Assembly: GCA_043228905.1 (NCBI GenBank)
Contig: JBHGNT010000002.1
Span: 18,662,001 to 18,726,000, forward strand
Origin: Azolla caroliniana
Taxonomy: Eukaryota; Plantae; Polypodiophyta
Reading direction: 5' to 3'
Length of the DNA: 64,000 nt
Shown here piece after piece: positions 25,345-39,036 of the stretch (position 1 is the first letter of the stretch; every line of letters begins with the position of its first letter). The position numbers were made by a program, and so were the translations under genes. Below the pieces are notes generated by a model. That model saw only the letters and a list, made by a program, of their open reading frames with translations, had not been told where the DNA came from and ran no database searches.

Positions 25345-28300
25345 TTCGGGCTATTAAAGAGTGGGGCCGCAATAGCCCGAGGCAAACTAAGACCCTAAAC
25401 CCTTGTAAAACTATTAAATGTAATAGGAAACAATTTTGGTTCTCCGAAACTGGAGCTTGTAAAATTACTAGTTTAAGTGATAGAGATAAGTCTAGGGCCA
25501 AGAGATACGAAAGGTATCTCAAACAATGTAATTTATTGGGGGAAGATGACACCATAAGCGGCGCCATGGAGGCGGTCTCGTTCGACGACACTCTCAGAGA
25601 GATGGAGAGGGTAGTCGTTTTGGGCCTTAATGAAGACAAGGTAATTCCAGTCAACTTAGTTGACATGTACACCGCCATCGAAGAGCTTGGGCGGTTGATT
25701 GAGGAAATGAGGATGGTGAAGGTGCAAACAAAGTACAAGACCGTGGACAAGAAGGTGAAGCCTGTGGCTGCCCCATTGCCTAACGATAGTTGGGATCGGA
25801 ATAAGGGGGTAGCGGCTGATCCTAGCTTGCGGGACCCACGAGGCATAGGGCACCGGTTCACCGACGAGACGTGATAGAAGCTCCGGGTTGATGGGGGTGG
25901 TTTCCTATTGCCTAGGGAGGAGGAAAGATTTAGAAGGATGATCGAAAGCCACGGAAGGGCTTTCGCCTTCTCGTTGGGTGAGATAGGATGTGTAAACCCT
26001 AAGATCGAGGAGCCAATGGTGATCTTTACGGTGCCGCATGTATCGTGGAACATCAAGCCAATCCTCGTTCCGAGAGCTCACATCCCGAAGTTGATTGAAC
26101 TACTCAAGGAAAAGATCGAGATGGGTATCCTCAAGCCATCAAGCGCCCCATACTCGAATCGGTGGTTCACTATGCCAAAGAAGAACAACACATTACGCTT
26201 CATCCAGGACCTACAACCTATTAATCAAGCGACAATTGAAAATGCTGGGGTCGGACCGAGCGTTGACGAATTCGCCGAGGCCTTTGCTGGAAGGTCTATT
26301 TATTCAATCGGTGATCTATACTCGGGGTATGATCAATTCCAACTAGCTGTGGAGAGTAGGGACATCACGACGATGCGGACCCCTATCGGCCTAGTGCGAA
26401 TGTGTACCTTGCCACAAGGAGGCACTAACTCTGTAGCCCACATGGTAAATGCAATGAACAAGGTACTGAGAGATTGCATCCCCGACATCACCATGCCGTT
26501 CCTCGATGACATCCCCATAAAAGGGTGCTCTGAAGCGGAGAAAGATGAAACCTTGGACGAGGATGGGTGCAGACGTTTTGTAGCATATCACATCTCCGAT
26601 TGCGAGAAGGTTCTACAAAGACTCGAAGATGCACGCTTGACCTTCTCGGGTGAGAAATCGGCATTCGGCCAACCGGAGATCCTTGTGGTGGGACACTTGT
26701 GCGGGGCGTACGGACAAAAGCCGTCCCTGGCAAAGGTGGATGCCCTCAAACATGAGGGAAGAATGTAATTTGCAAACAGAGGTGAGGTGATTTCTTGGTG
26801 CTTGTGCATTCTACCACATCTGGATTCCGCACTATGCTCACCTAGCCGAGCCCTTGTATGGGCTACTCAAGAAGGGGCGGAAGTTCAAGTGGGAGGAAGA
26901 GCACACAGAGGCAATGAAGAGGCTCAAAGGAATGTTGGTAGCGGCACCAACTTTACGAAAAGCCATATACAAGGAAGGGGTGCCCATCTACGTGACGGTA
27001 GATACGAGTCCAACAGGGATCGGATGGGTCATCAACCAAGAAGGAGAGGATGGTACACGCTATGCCATCCGGTTTGGAGCCAGGGTCTTAAGCGAGCGAC
27101 AACGAGGATACACCCAAGTAAAACGTGAGCTTTGGGGTATTGTGTCCGCGGTGAAGGCAGATAAAGATTACCTAATCGGGTCAGAGGTGGTAATAGGGAT
27201 GGTTTCGGGGTGTGCAACACCTGACCTAGCTATGCTAAGATGGATTGCTTACATCAAATCAATGAACCCGGAGATTCACCACATTTCAGGGAAGAACAAT
27301 GTCATGGCAGATATGCTATCGAGGGCAAGGTTCGAGGGCGAAAGCGACATGGTGTCTGAAGATGAGGATGTCGCTCTTGACTTCTTCAAGACGGCCCAAG
27401 CGTCTATAGATGATCAAGATGTGTGAGTACTCCACGCCTTCAACGAAAGTGAATACGAAGGGGAGTGGTTACACATTGGCAAGAAGCACAGAGAGTCCGA
27501 AAGAAAGCGTACAAGTACTTCCTACGAGGGGGATTCCTTTGGAGGCTCCCGAAGAGAAGGACGGGGATGCCACAACGAGTGGTCATAAAGGAAGAGGACC
27601 AGATAACATTGGTGTCTGAATTCCACGAGAGTCCTTGGGCGGGCCATAGAGGAACGTGGGAAACATTCGAGAAGTTAAAGGAGAAGTATTGGTGGCTGGG
27701 AATGTACAAGGATGTCGCCCATTTCGTGGGGACGTGTGAAAGCTGCCAGATACACTCCAACATACGCCATAGGGACGAGTTGCACCCGACCTACCCACTC
27801 GCCATACACTTCAAATGGATGGTGGATTTGGTTTCGATGCCGATGGGAGTGGGCCAAATGAAATATTTGGTGCTAGCAAGAGAAGACCTAACAAACCAAG
27901 TAGAAGGGCGCGCCTTAGCAAACAAAACGACGACGGGGGTGTGTAAATTCTTACTCGAGGATGTCATCTGTCAGTACGGATGTGTGGGAAAGATAGTGGC
28001 CGACGGAGGAGAGCTGAACGCTCACAAAGCTACATAGCTCTTTGACCGACTTGGAGTGAAGCTCTCTCTCACGATTGCTTATAACCCGGAGGCTAATGGA
28101 AAGATAGAACGCGGACACGGGCCTATTGTGAAAGCCATTGTACAAGCTTGTGATGGGCGAGTTGGGAATTGGCCTCGGTTACTACCTTATGCCTTGTGGG
28201 CCGATAGAACAACTCATAGCTCAGTTACACGTTTCATGCCAGCTGAACTCATGTACGGACAAAAGCCGGTGATGCCCATTGAAGACACGATCGCTTCATG

Positions 28301-28431
28301 GGTAGCGATGCCATGGGAAAACGAGATGAGTCGAGAAGAGCTTCTAGCCACAAGGATAAGGCAACTTGAGAGAAGACCCGAAGACTTGGAGTTGGAAAAG
28401 GAGAGGTTAGAAGCGGCTAGGCTAAGTAACA
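25341..28431 (+). pseudogene. pol: Element D pol (RT-RNase H-integrase), interrupted by E; C-terminus continues at 39444-39784
   Basis: APYSNRWF...DLYSGYDQ...LPQG...FLDD; RH VDTSPTGIG; INT HHCC zinc finger and YNPEANGKIERGH; several stops and frameshifts. Confidence 0.92.
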
Positions 28432-28706
28432 TGTTGAGAACACGACGTTCCTTATGTCCGACGCTCGGCCACAACGGAGATTCTTTTCATACACAAAAAA
28501 ACAGGTAATGAAACGCGACACAAAGGAGAGAAATGGTACACAGGAGGTTTACGTGGAAAACCCCAAAATAAGGGAAAAACCACGGCAGCCCACAGGCTGC
28601 AAACTGTCACTATGTAGGAATATACAACAGTGAGTTCACTGAGGCAACGACCTCGTGTTCTCAGATCTTCGCCACAGGCGGCGGTTACAACAGAGGCAAC
28701 GACCTC

Positions 28707-28744
<38 letters not shown>

Positions 28745-28845
28745 ACAGTTACGCGCTCTCTCTTCTTCTTGCACCAACAAGGAAGAATAACAACAACAAA
28801 AAACAAAACACACAACTAAAAGTTTGCCCTAAGTCACATTTATAC

Positions 28846-29231
28846 TGTTGGGATTTCGGTCCCTCCGGATGGGATGTCCGGAGATAAATGACGGCAAGCC
28901 CGGTTACGGTTACGGAACCGGAGGATGAAGAGTACCCGGCATGAAGCCGGATGAAGAAGACCCCGGCTACGGAGCCGGATGATGAAGACCCCGGCTACAG
29001 AGCCGGATGATGAAGACCCCGGCTACGGAGTCGGATGACGAATGTACCCGGAGAGAGATCCGGATGCGGGGACATATCTGTGAATATGTTTGCTAAGGGC
29101 CCTTGAGGCTATATTTGTAAATAGCCCGAAAGTCATATGTGTATAAATATGACTTAGGGCAAACTGTTTAGTGCTGCTGTAGGTTGTTACTCATTTTTCT
29201 GGTTTTCCACTTAGAGGGAGCTAAGTGAGCA

Positions 29232-29267
<36 letters not shown>

Positions 29268-32200
29268 GAAGAGGTCGTTGCCTTTGTGTATTACCGCCGC
29301 CTGTGGCGAAGACAGTGAGCTCAAGGTTGTTGCCTTGTAGCTTCACCATTGTACATCTCTGTTTATAGTGGTAGTTGGAGTTTGAGGACTCCCGTGGTTT
29401 TTTCCCATTTAGGGTTTTCCACGTAAAACATCCTGTGTACTCTTCTCTCTATTGTCTTCGTGCATTTTGTATTTCTTGTTTTCTGTGAGTTGATCCTATT
29501 CCTCGGTGGTGGCCGAGTGCTGTGTTTAACAAAGTGGTATCAGAGCGACGGTAACACAGAAAATGGAAGGCGGCGGTAGTGGGCCTCCGGGCATGATGGC
29601 GTTGAACTCACAGAACTACGCCGACTGGAAGATAAAGATGGAAGACCTTCTCATCGTCCGAGACCTGTACGAACCGATCGAAAATGCCGAGATACCCAAG
29701 GGGGTAATAGAGTCGGAGTGGAAGCTCCTGAACCGGAAAGCCGTAGCGCCGATCCGGCAATATGTCGATGTAAGTGTTCTGCAACATGTGGCGAACGATA
29801 CGAACGCCTATGAGATGTGGCAGAAGCTGTCCGGACTGTATGAGAGGAAGAATGCTCTGACCCGGACCTCCCTGATGAGGAAGATAGTGAATCTTAAGTA
29901 CCGGGACGGCGAGAGCATGGTCGAACACGTCAGCACGTTCATGGGATTCGTGAACCAGCTTGCGGCGATCAAGTTCCCGTTGGATGACGCAATGCAAGCC
30001 ATCATGCTGATGTGTACCCTTTCGAAGAGCTGAGAAAACTTGGTAGTTACTCTCAGCACCTCCTGTAAGGAAGAGAACTTGTCTTTACTAACGGTAAAGA
30101 CAAGTATTCTAAATGAAGAAGCGCGTCGGAGAGATAAAGAACCGGCCTCCGACTCGAAGGCGCTGCTTACCGAATCGGAACGGGGAAGACAACGGAACCG
30201 GAGTCCGCAAAGATGGGAGAAGTCAGGGACACGGTCGCAGTCGAGGGGAAGACCTACATGCTTCTACTGTGGGAAGCCGGGGCACTTCCAGAAGAACTGT
30301 CGGCATTTCCGGAAAGACAACGGAACCGACGGTACCGATTCGAAGAAGTCACCGGAGCGAAACGGTGCATACCGGGGAGCCACGGACCGGAGAGGTCCGG
30401 ATCGGCGAGGGCAGGACCGGAAAGGAACGACGGCTCTCGCGGCAAGTGAAGAAGAGATAATGCTCATTACCGAAGAGAGGGAGCTGAACCTTGCCGGTGA
30501 AGAGATGACCTGGGTGGTCGATTCCGGAGCGTCGTTCCACCTGACCCCGGAGAAGAAATACTTCTCATCCTACGCAGCCGGTGAGCACGGCTGTGTCCGG
30601 ATGGGAAATGAAGGTACATGCCGGATTGCCGGCATAGGAGACGTGTGGCTGATGACATCAACCGGATGCAAGATGCTGCTGAAGGATGTCCGACACGTTC
30701 CGGAGGTTCGATTGAACCTGATTTCGGCCGGGAGGCTAGACGATGAAGGCTACACGGGTAGCATCCGGAACGGGGTCATGAAGTTCAGCAAAGGGAGCCT
30801 GATAGTGGCTCGGGCCCGGAAGGTCAACACGCTGTACCTGATGAATTCCCGGCTATGTCCGGAGGAGCTGAACGTGGCAGCTACCACTGCCGGTGAGCTG
30901 TGGCACAAGAGACTGTGCCACATGAGCGAGAAGGGGATGAAGAGGCTTGCCGAAGACAACCTGATACCGGTAAAGCACGTACACCTGGGGAAGTGTACCG
31001 ACTGTCTGGCCGGTAAGCAGAACCGAACCTCCTTCCACTCAAGGCCACCGACGAGACGTAGCGCACCATTGGAGTTGGTGCACACTGACGTGTGTCAAGT
31101 AGAAACGAAGTCACATGGCGGAGCCCAGTACTTCGTGACATTCATTGATGACCATAGCCGGAAGCTGTGGACGGCACCGTTGAAGACAAAGGACCAAGTA
31201 CTGTCCGTCTTCAAAGAACTCCACGCGAGAGTGGAAAGAGAATCCGGCAAGAAGCTGAAAGCACTACGAGCGGATAACGGAGGAGAATACCGAGGGCAAT
31301 TTGAGGAGTATTGCCGTTCGATGGGAATCCGGCTCGAGTTTACTGTGCCGAAGACGCCGGAACTGAACAGGCTGGCCGAGAGGATGAACCGGACCATAAT
31401 GGAGAGGGTCCGGAGTATGCTGGCGCATGCGAAATTACCCAAGGGGTTTTGGGCTGAGGCAATGTCGACGGCGACATACGTGATAAACAGATCACCCTCA
31501 GTACCTTTGGACGGAGACACGCCGCAGAGAGTGTGGACCGGTAGGGAAGTATCCTACCGGCATCTGAAGGTGTTCGGGTGTCTCGCATATGTGCATGTGG
31601 CAAAGGACCGGAGAGGAAAGCTAGATCCAAAGACCCGGCCATGCATATTCCTCGGTTACGGCAATGACGAGTTCGGCTACCGAGTATGGAACCCGGTCGA
31701 CAAAAAGATATTCCGGAGTCGTGATATCATCTTCATGGAGGACAAAACACTCGCCGACTGGGAGTCGGAGAAGAAGATGAAGAGCTCCAAGTCGACCGGT
31801 GAGGATCAACTCTACGAGGAGCAGTCCCGACCGGCAAGGGACCGGTTAGCACTCGAGGATCCGGCCGAAGACGGTGAAGAAACAGAACCGGCCGAGGAAG
31901 ATGAAACTGATACCAGAACCGGCCCCGATCCCGAAATGGATTCGGATGAAGAGGAAACGGAGGAGCCGGTTACCGAAGCTCCGGAACGGAGATATCCTCT
32001 AAGAGAGAGAAGGGCCCCCCGGAGATTTCCGGAACCAGAGCACGTGCTGCTAACCGACGAGGGGGAGCCGGAGAGTTTTGAAGAAGCAAAGCTTGACACC
32101 CATAGCCGCAGGTGGTTAAGTGCCATGCAGGAGGAGATGGATTCCCTGCATGAGAACCACACATATGAACTTGCGGAGTTGCCGAAAGGAAAGCGAGCAC

Positions 32201-34005
32201 TTCGAAACAAGTGGGTGTTCAAGCTTAAACCGGGAGATGCCGGAAACCCCCCGAGATACAAAGCCAGGATCGTGGTGAAGGGGTTCCAGCAGAAGAAGGG
32301 CGTCGACTTCGACGAGATATTTGCCCCGGTAGTGAAGATGACCTCCATCCGGACGGTGCTGAGCATAGCGGCAAGCATGGATCTCGAGGTAGAACAGATG
32401 GACGTGAAGACGGCATTCCTTCACGGTGACCTTGAAGAAGAGATCTACATGCAACAACCGGAAGGATTCGAGAAGAAAGGGAAGGAGCACCTGGTATGCC
32501 GGTTGAAGAAGAGCCTTTACGGACTGAAGCAGGCTCCCCGGCAATGGTACCGGAAGTTCGACTCCTTCATGACCGACGAAGGGTACCACAAAACGCAGTC
32601 CGATCACTGCGTGTTTGTGAAGAAGTTCGAAGGAGGAGACTTTCTAATACTCCTCCTGTATGTGGACGACATGTTGATCGTCGGACGGGACCAGGTCAAG
32701 ATACGGATGCTGAAGAAAGCGCTTCACCGAACCTTCTCAATGAAGGACCTGGGTCCGGCGAGGCAAATACTAGGGATGCACATCATCCGAGACCGGAAGA
32801 AGAAGCAGTTGTGGCTGTCACAGGAGAAGTACGTGACCAAGGTGCTTCACCGGTTCAACATGTCGGAAGCAAGACCGGTCGGGTCAACCCTCCCGGCAAA
32901 CTGCAAGTTGTCTAGCAAGCAAAGCCCCAAGACAAAGGCTGAGAAGGAGGACATGATGAAAGTACCATATGCCTCTGCCGTCGGAAGCTTGATGTACGCA
33001 ATGGTGTGTACAAGACCGGACATAGGATATGCAGTCGGAGTGGTGAGCCGGTACATGAGCAATCCCGGCAAAGAGCACTGGAACGCGGCCAAGTGGATAC
33101 TCCGATACCTGAAGGGCACGGCAAACGTGTGCCTCCGATTCGGCTCCGGTAAGCCCGAACTCGACGGCTTTACCGATTCGGACATGTCGGCTGATGCAGA
33201 TACCAGCCGGTCCACATCAGGATATGTGATGACGTATGCAGGGGGAGCTGTTTCGTGGCAGTCGAGGCTGCAGAAGACGGTTGCGTTGTCAACCACGGAG
33301 GCGGAGTACATGGCGGTTGTTGAAGCCGGCAAGGAAATAATATGGATGAAGGACTTCATTAGAGAGCTCGGTATCCGACAAGAGGAGTACCGACTCTACT
33401 GCGACAGTCAGAGTGCCATCCACCTTGCGAAGAACGCGGCCTATCACTCCCGGACGAAGCACATCCAGCGAAGATATCACTGGATCCGGGAAAGGATAGA
33501 AGACAATGAGTTCGTGCTGACGAAGATCCACACGGACGAGAACGGGTCGGATATGCTGACCAAGGTGCTCACACCCGACAAGCTGGAAGCATGCCGGAAG
33601 AGGATCGGATTGGAGAGACATCCCATGCCGAAGTGAAGGGGGAGTTTGTTGGGATTTCGGTCCCTCCGGATGGGATGTCCGGAGATAAATGACGGCAAGC
33701 CCGGTTACGGTTACGGAACCGGAGGATGAAGAGTACCCGGCATGAAGCCGGATGAAGAAGACCCCGGCTACGGAGCCGGATGATGAAGACCCCGGCTACG
33801 GAGCCGGATGACGAATGTACCCGGAGAGAGATCCGGATGCGGGGACATATCTGTGAATATGTTTGCCAAGGGCCCTTGAGGCTATATTTGTAAATAGCCC
33901 GAAAGTCATATGTGTATAAATATGACTTAGGGCAAACTGTTTAGTGCTGCTGTAGGTTGTTACTCATTTTTCTGGTTTTCCACTTAGAGGGAGCTAAGTG
34001 AGCAG

Positions 34006-34040
<35 letters not shown>

Positions 34041-34304
34041 GAAGAGGTCATTGCCTCTGTGTATTACCGCCGCCTGTGGCGAAGACAGTGAGCTCAACGT
34101 TGTTGCCTTGTAGCTTCACCATTGTACATCTCTGTTTATAGTGGTAGTTGGAGTTTGAGGACTCCCGTGGTTTTTTCCCATTTAGGGTTTTCCACGTAAA
34201 ACATCCTGTGTACTCTTCTCTCTATTGTCTTCGTGCATTTTGTATTTCTTGTTTTCTGTGAGTTGATCCTATTCCTCGGTGGTGGCCGAGCGCTGTGTTT
34301 AACA
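28846..34304 (+). mobile_element. Element F: youngest Ty1/Copia, inserted in the 3' LTR of E
   Basis: TSD TATAC (28841-28845 / 34305-34309); LTRs 28846-29531 and 33647-34304, near-identical apart from one 27-bp U3 repeat unit and about 7 substitutions; PBS-iMet at 29535; PPT GAAGGGGGAG. Confidence 0.97.
29563..33636 (+). CDS. gag-pol: Element F gag-pol polyprotein, intact except one TGA at 30031-30033 (conserved Trp)
   Basis: The 156-aa and 1198-aa ORFs are in the same frame. Motifs: CFYCGKPGHFQKNC, VDSGAS, INT DDE, RT YVDD, RNase H. Confidence 0.96.
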
Positions 34305-34620
34305 TATACTAATATGACTTTTCGGCTATTTACAAATGCAGCCTCAATGGGCTCTCAGAAACATATTTACGAATATGTCTCTTCCTCCGGTTCATACCGG
34401 GCCTGCACCATCCGGCTCTCCGTAGTGGGGTACTCCCCATCCGGTTCATACCGGGCCTACACCATCCGGCTCTCCGCAATCGGGTACTCCACATCCGGTT
34501 CATACAGGGCCTACACCATCCGGCTCTCCGCAGTCGGGTACTCTACAGTCGAGTTTGTTCGTCGGCACTGTTCTTCTCCCTTCCCATCCGGAGGGACCTG
34601 TCTCCCAACAAACTCCCCCT

Positions 34621-37600
34621 TCACTCCGGCATGGGATGTCTTTCCAGCCCGATCCTCTTCCGGCATGCGTCCAGCTTGTCGGGTGTCAGCACTTTGGTCA
34701 ACATATCTGACCCGTTCTCGGCCGTGTGGATCTTCGCCAGTGCGAACTCCTGGTCATCTACCCTTTCCCGGATCCAGTGATACCTCCGCTGGATATGCTT
34801 CGTCTGGGAATGGTAGGCCGCATTCTTAGCAAGGTGGATGGCACTTTGACTGTCGCAGTAGAGTCGGTATTCCTCTTGCCGGATACCGAGCTCTCTGATT
34901 AAGTCCTTCATCCATAATATTTCCTTGCCGGCTTCTACAGCCGCCATGTACTCCGCCTCTGTGGTTGACAATGCAACTGTCTTCTGCAGCCTCGACTGCC
35001 ACGAAACAGCTCCCCCTGCATATGTCATCACATACCCGGATGTAGACCGGCTGGTATCCACATCAGCCGACATGTCCGAATCAGTGAAACCGTCCAGTTG
35101 AGGTTTCCTGGAGCCGAATCGAAGACATATTTGAAGTGCCCTTCAAATACCGGAGTATCCATTTGAGCGCGTTCCAATGCTCCTTGCCGGGATTACTTAT
35201 GAACCGGCTCACCACTCCGACTGCGTATCCAATGTCAGGTCGGGTACAAACCATTGCGTACATCAAGCTCCCGACGGCAGAGGCATATGGAATCTTCATC
35301 ATATCTGCCTTCTCTCCTTTTGTCTTCGGTCTTTGCTTGTCGGACAACTTGCAGTTTGCCGGAAGTGTCGATCCGACCGGTTTTGCATCTGACATGTTGA
35401 ACCGGTGAAGCACCTTTTTCACATACTTCTCCTGTGACAGCCATAATTGCTTCACTGACCGGTCCCGAATGATGTGCATCCCCAACATCTGTCTTGCCGG
35501 ACCCAAGTCTTTCATTGAGAAGGTCCGGTTGAGAGCCTTCTTCAGCATCCGTATTTTGCCTTGGTCTCGTCCGACGATTAACATGTCATCCACGTACAGG
35601 AGAAGTATCAGGAAGTCCCCTCCTTTGAACTTCTTCACGAACACGCAGTGATCGGCCTGCGTCTTATGGTACCCTTGATCGGTCATGAAGGAGTCGAACT
35701 TCCGGTACCATTGCCGGGGAGCCTGCTTCAGTCCGTACAGGCTCTTCTTCAACCGGCATACTAGGTGCTCCTTCCCTTTCTCCACAAATCCTTTCGGTTG
35801 CTGCATGTAGATTTCCTCTTCGAGGTCGCCGTGAAGGAATGCCGTCTTCACGTCCAGCTGCTCTACCTCGAGATCCATGCTTGCTGCTATACTCAGCACC
35901 GTCCGGATGGAGGTCATCTTTACTACCGGGGCGAATATTTCGTCGAAGTCCACGCCCTTCTTCTGCTGGAACCCCTTCACCACGATCCTGGCTTTGTATC
36001 TCGGGGGGTTGCTGGCATCTCCCGGTTTCAACTTGAACACCCACTTGTTTCGGAGTGCCCGCTTTCCTTTCGGCAGCTCCACCAATTCGTACGTATGGTT
36101 CTTATGCAGAGAATCCATCTCATCCTGCATGGCACTTAACCATTTTCGGCTGTGGGTGTCTTCCTTCGCTTCTTCGAAGCTTTCCGGCTCCCCCTCATCG
36201 GTCAGCAGGACATGCTCTGCATCCGGAAATCTCCGGGGCGCCCTTCTCTCTCTGAGAGGATATCTACGTCTTCGGGCTTCGGTAACCGGTTCCTCCATTT
36301 GCTCTTCTTCCGAATCCGATTCGGGGTCTTGACCGGTTCCGGTCTCAGCTTCCTCTACTTCTTCTTCTGCCGGTTCGGTATCCTCACCGTAACCGGCTGG
36401 TTCCTCGAGTGCTAACCGGTCTCTTGCCGGTTGGGTCTGCTCATTGTAGAGTCTATCCTTACCGGTCGACTCGGAGTTCATTATCTTCTTCTCTGACTCC
36501 CAGTCGGCGAGCGTCTTGTCCTCCATGAAGATAATATCTCGACTCCGGAATACCTTCTTGTCGACCGGGTCCCACACTTGGTAGCCGAACTCATCGTCAC
36601 CGTAACCGAGGAATATGCATGGCCGGGTCTTTGGATCTAACTTTCCTCTCCGGTCCTTTGCTACATGCACGTACGCGAGACACCCGAACACCCTCAGATG
36701 TCGGTAGGACACTTCCTTACCGGTCCATACTCTCTGTGGCGTGTCTCCGTCCAAGGGTACTGAGGGTGATCTGTTTATCACATATGTCGCCGTCGACAGT
36801 GCCTCAGGCCAAAACTTCTTGGGTAGTTTTGCATGCGCTAGCATACTCCGGACCCTCTCCATTATGGTCCGGTTCATCCTCTCGGTCAGTCCGTTTAGTT
36901 CCGGTGTCTTTGGCACGGTAAATTCGAGTCGGATTCCCTTCGAGCGGCAGTACTCCTCGAACTGCCCCCGGTACTCTCCTTCGTTATCTGCTCGAACCGC
37001 CTTCAGCTTCCGGCCGGTTTCTCTTTCCACTCTCGCGTGGAGCTCTTTGAAGACTGATAACACCTGATCCTTCGTCTTCAACGGTGTGGCCCACAGCTTC
37101 CGGCTGTGGTCATCTATAAACGTCACGAAGTACTGCGCTCCGGCATGTGACTTCGTGTCTACTTGACAAACATCCGTATGCACCAACTCCAGTGGTGCAT
37201 TACGTCTCATCGGTGGCCTTGGTCGGAAGGAGGTCCAGTTCTACTTACCGGCCAGACAATCAGTGCACTTCTCTAAGTGCACGTTCTTCACTAGAATGAG
37301 GTTGTCGTCTCCAAGCCTCTTGATCCCCTTCTCACTCATGTGACATAGCCTCTTGTGCCACAGCTCACCGGCAGTGTCGGAAGCCACGTTCACTTCTTCC
37401 GGACATAACCGGGCATTCATCAGGTACAGTGTGTTCACCTTCCAGGCCCGAGCCACAATCAGGCTCCCTTTGCTGAACTTCATGACACCGTTCCGGATGC
37501 TACCCGTGTAGCCTTCATCATCTAGTCGACCGGCTGATATCAGGTTCAGACGAACTTCTGGAACGTGTCGGACATCCTTTAACAGCAACTTGCATCCGGT

Positions 37601-38695
37601 TGGTGTTGTCAGCCACACGTCTCCTATGCCGACAATTCGGCATGTTCCTTCATTCCCCATCCGGACACAGCCGTGATCACCGGCTGAGTAGGATGAGAAG
37701 CATTTCCGGTCCGGGGTAAGGTGGAACGACGCTCCGGAGTCTACCACCCAGGTCATCTCGTCGCCGGCATGGTTTATCTCACTCTCCTCGGTGATGAGCA
37801 TCAACTCCTCTTCACTTGCCGCAATTGCCGTCGTTCCCTTCCGGTCCGGCCCCCTCCGGTCTTTACCGTTCCGGTCTGTACCGTTCCGGTCTGTACCGTT
37901 CCGGTTCGGGGTTTGCTTTGAATCGGTACCGTCGGTTTCCTTGTCTTTACGGAAATGCCGACAGTTCTTTTGGAAGTGTCCCGACTTGCCACAATAGAAG
38001 CAAGTAGGCCTCCCCCTTGACTTTGACCGTGTCCCCGACTTCTCCCGGTTCTGGGGACTACGGTTTCTATGTCTTCCGCGTTCCGATTCGGTAAGGAGCG
38101 CTTTGGAGTCGGAGCTCGTATCTTTGTCTTTCCGACGAGCCTCCTCATCTAGGAAGCTCGACTTTACTCTTGCTAGGGATAACCGCTTTCCTTCCGGCCC
38201 GGCGTTGCCCAAAGTGACAACCAACGTCTCCCAGTTATCCGGGAGGGAACCGAGCAGGAGCAGCGCTAGGACCTCATCGGCAAGAGGTACTTCCAATGAC
38301 GTTGCCTGGTGGATCAGCCCCTGGAAGGCATTCATATGCTCCACCATGCTGGAGCCATCTTGGTACCGGAGTCTTACTAGCTTCCGGAATACCGACACCT
38401 GATTGACAACATTTTTGTTCTGGAACATTATGCCGATCTTCTCCCAGAGCTCATGAGCCTTGCTCTCTTCATTGAAGTTGTTGTACAAGCTCATGTCGAT
38501 GAAGCACCGTATGTACGCCGTTGTCTTCATGTGCATCACCTCCCACATCGCGGCGTCGATTTTGTCCGGTCTCTTGTCCCCGAACTGAACCGGCAGCCAG
38601 AGGTCTTTAACCACGAGCATGTCCCTCATCTTCGACTTCCACACTGAATAGTTGGAGCCGGTGAGCTTGAACATGCCACCAAACGATTCGTCCAT
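34621..38695 (-). pseudogene. gag-pol: Element E gag-pol (one stop at 37241-37243, one frameshift near 35125)
   Basis: ORF pieces 37241-38695, 35081-37210 and 34621-35073 carry all Copia domains. Confidence 0.95.
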
Positions 38696-39000
38696 TTTCT
38701 GTGTCGATTTCGCTCTGATACCAATTGTTGAGAACACGACGTTCCTTATGTCCGACGCTCGGCCACAACGGAGATTCTTTTCATACACAAAAAAACAGGT
38801 AATGAAACGCGACACAAAGGAGAGAAATGGTACACAGGAGGTTTACGTGGAAAACCCCAAAATAAGGGAAAAACCACGGCAGCCCACAGGCTGCAAACTG
38901 TCACTATGTAGGAATATACAACAGTGAGTTCACTGAGGCAACGACCTCGTGCTCTCAGATCTTCGCCACAGGCGGCGGTTACAACAGAGGCAACGACCTC

Positions 39001-39036
<36 letters not shown>

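Noticed and set aside
30024-30045. Programmed stop-codon readthrough in F gag
   Set aside because: The TGA replaces a Trp conserved in A, C, E and J (SW/NW-ETL) and lies mid-capsid, so a G-to-A mutation is the simpler explanation.
30113-38927. Numerous antisense and alternative-frame ORFs over the Copia pol genes
   Set aside because: They are shadow ORFs of GC-rich coding sequence with no recognisable domains.
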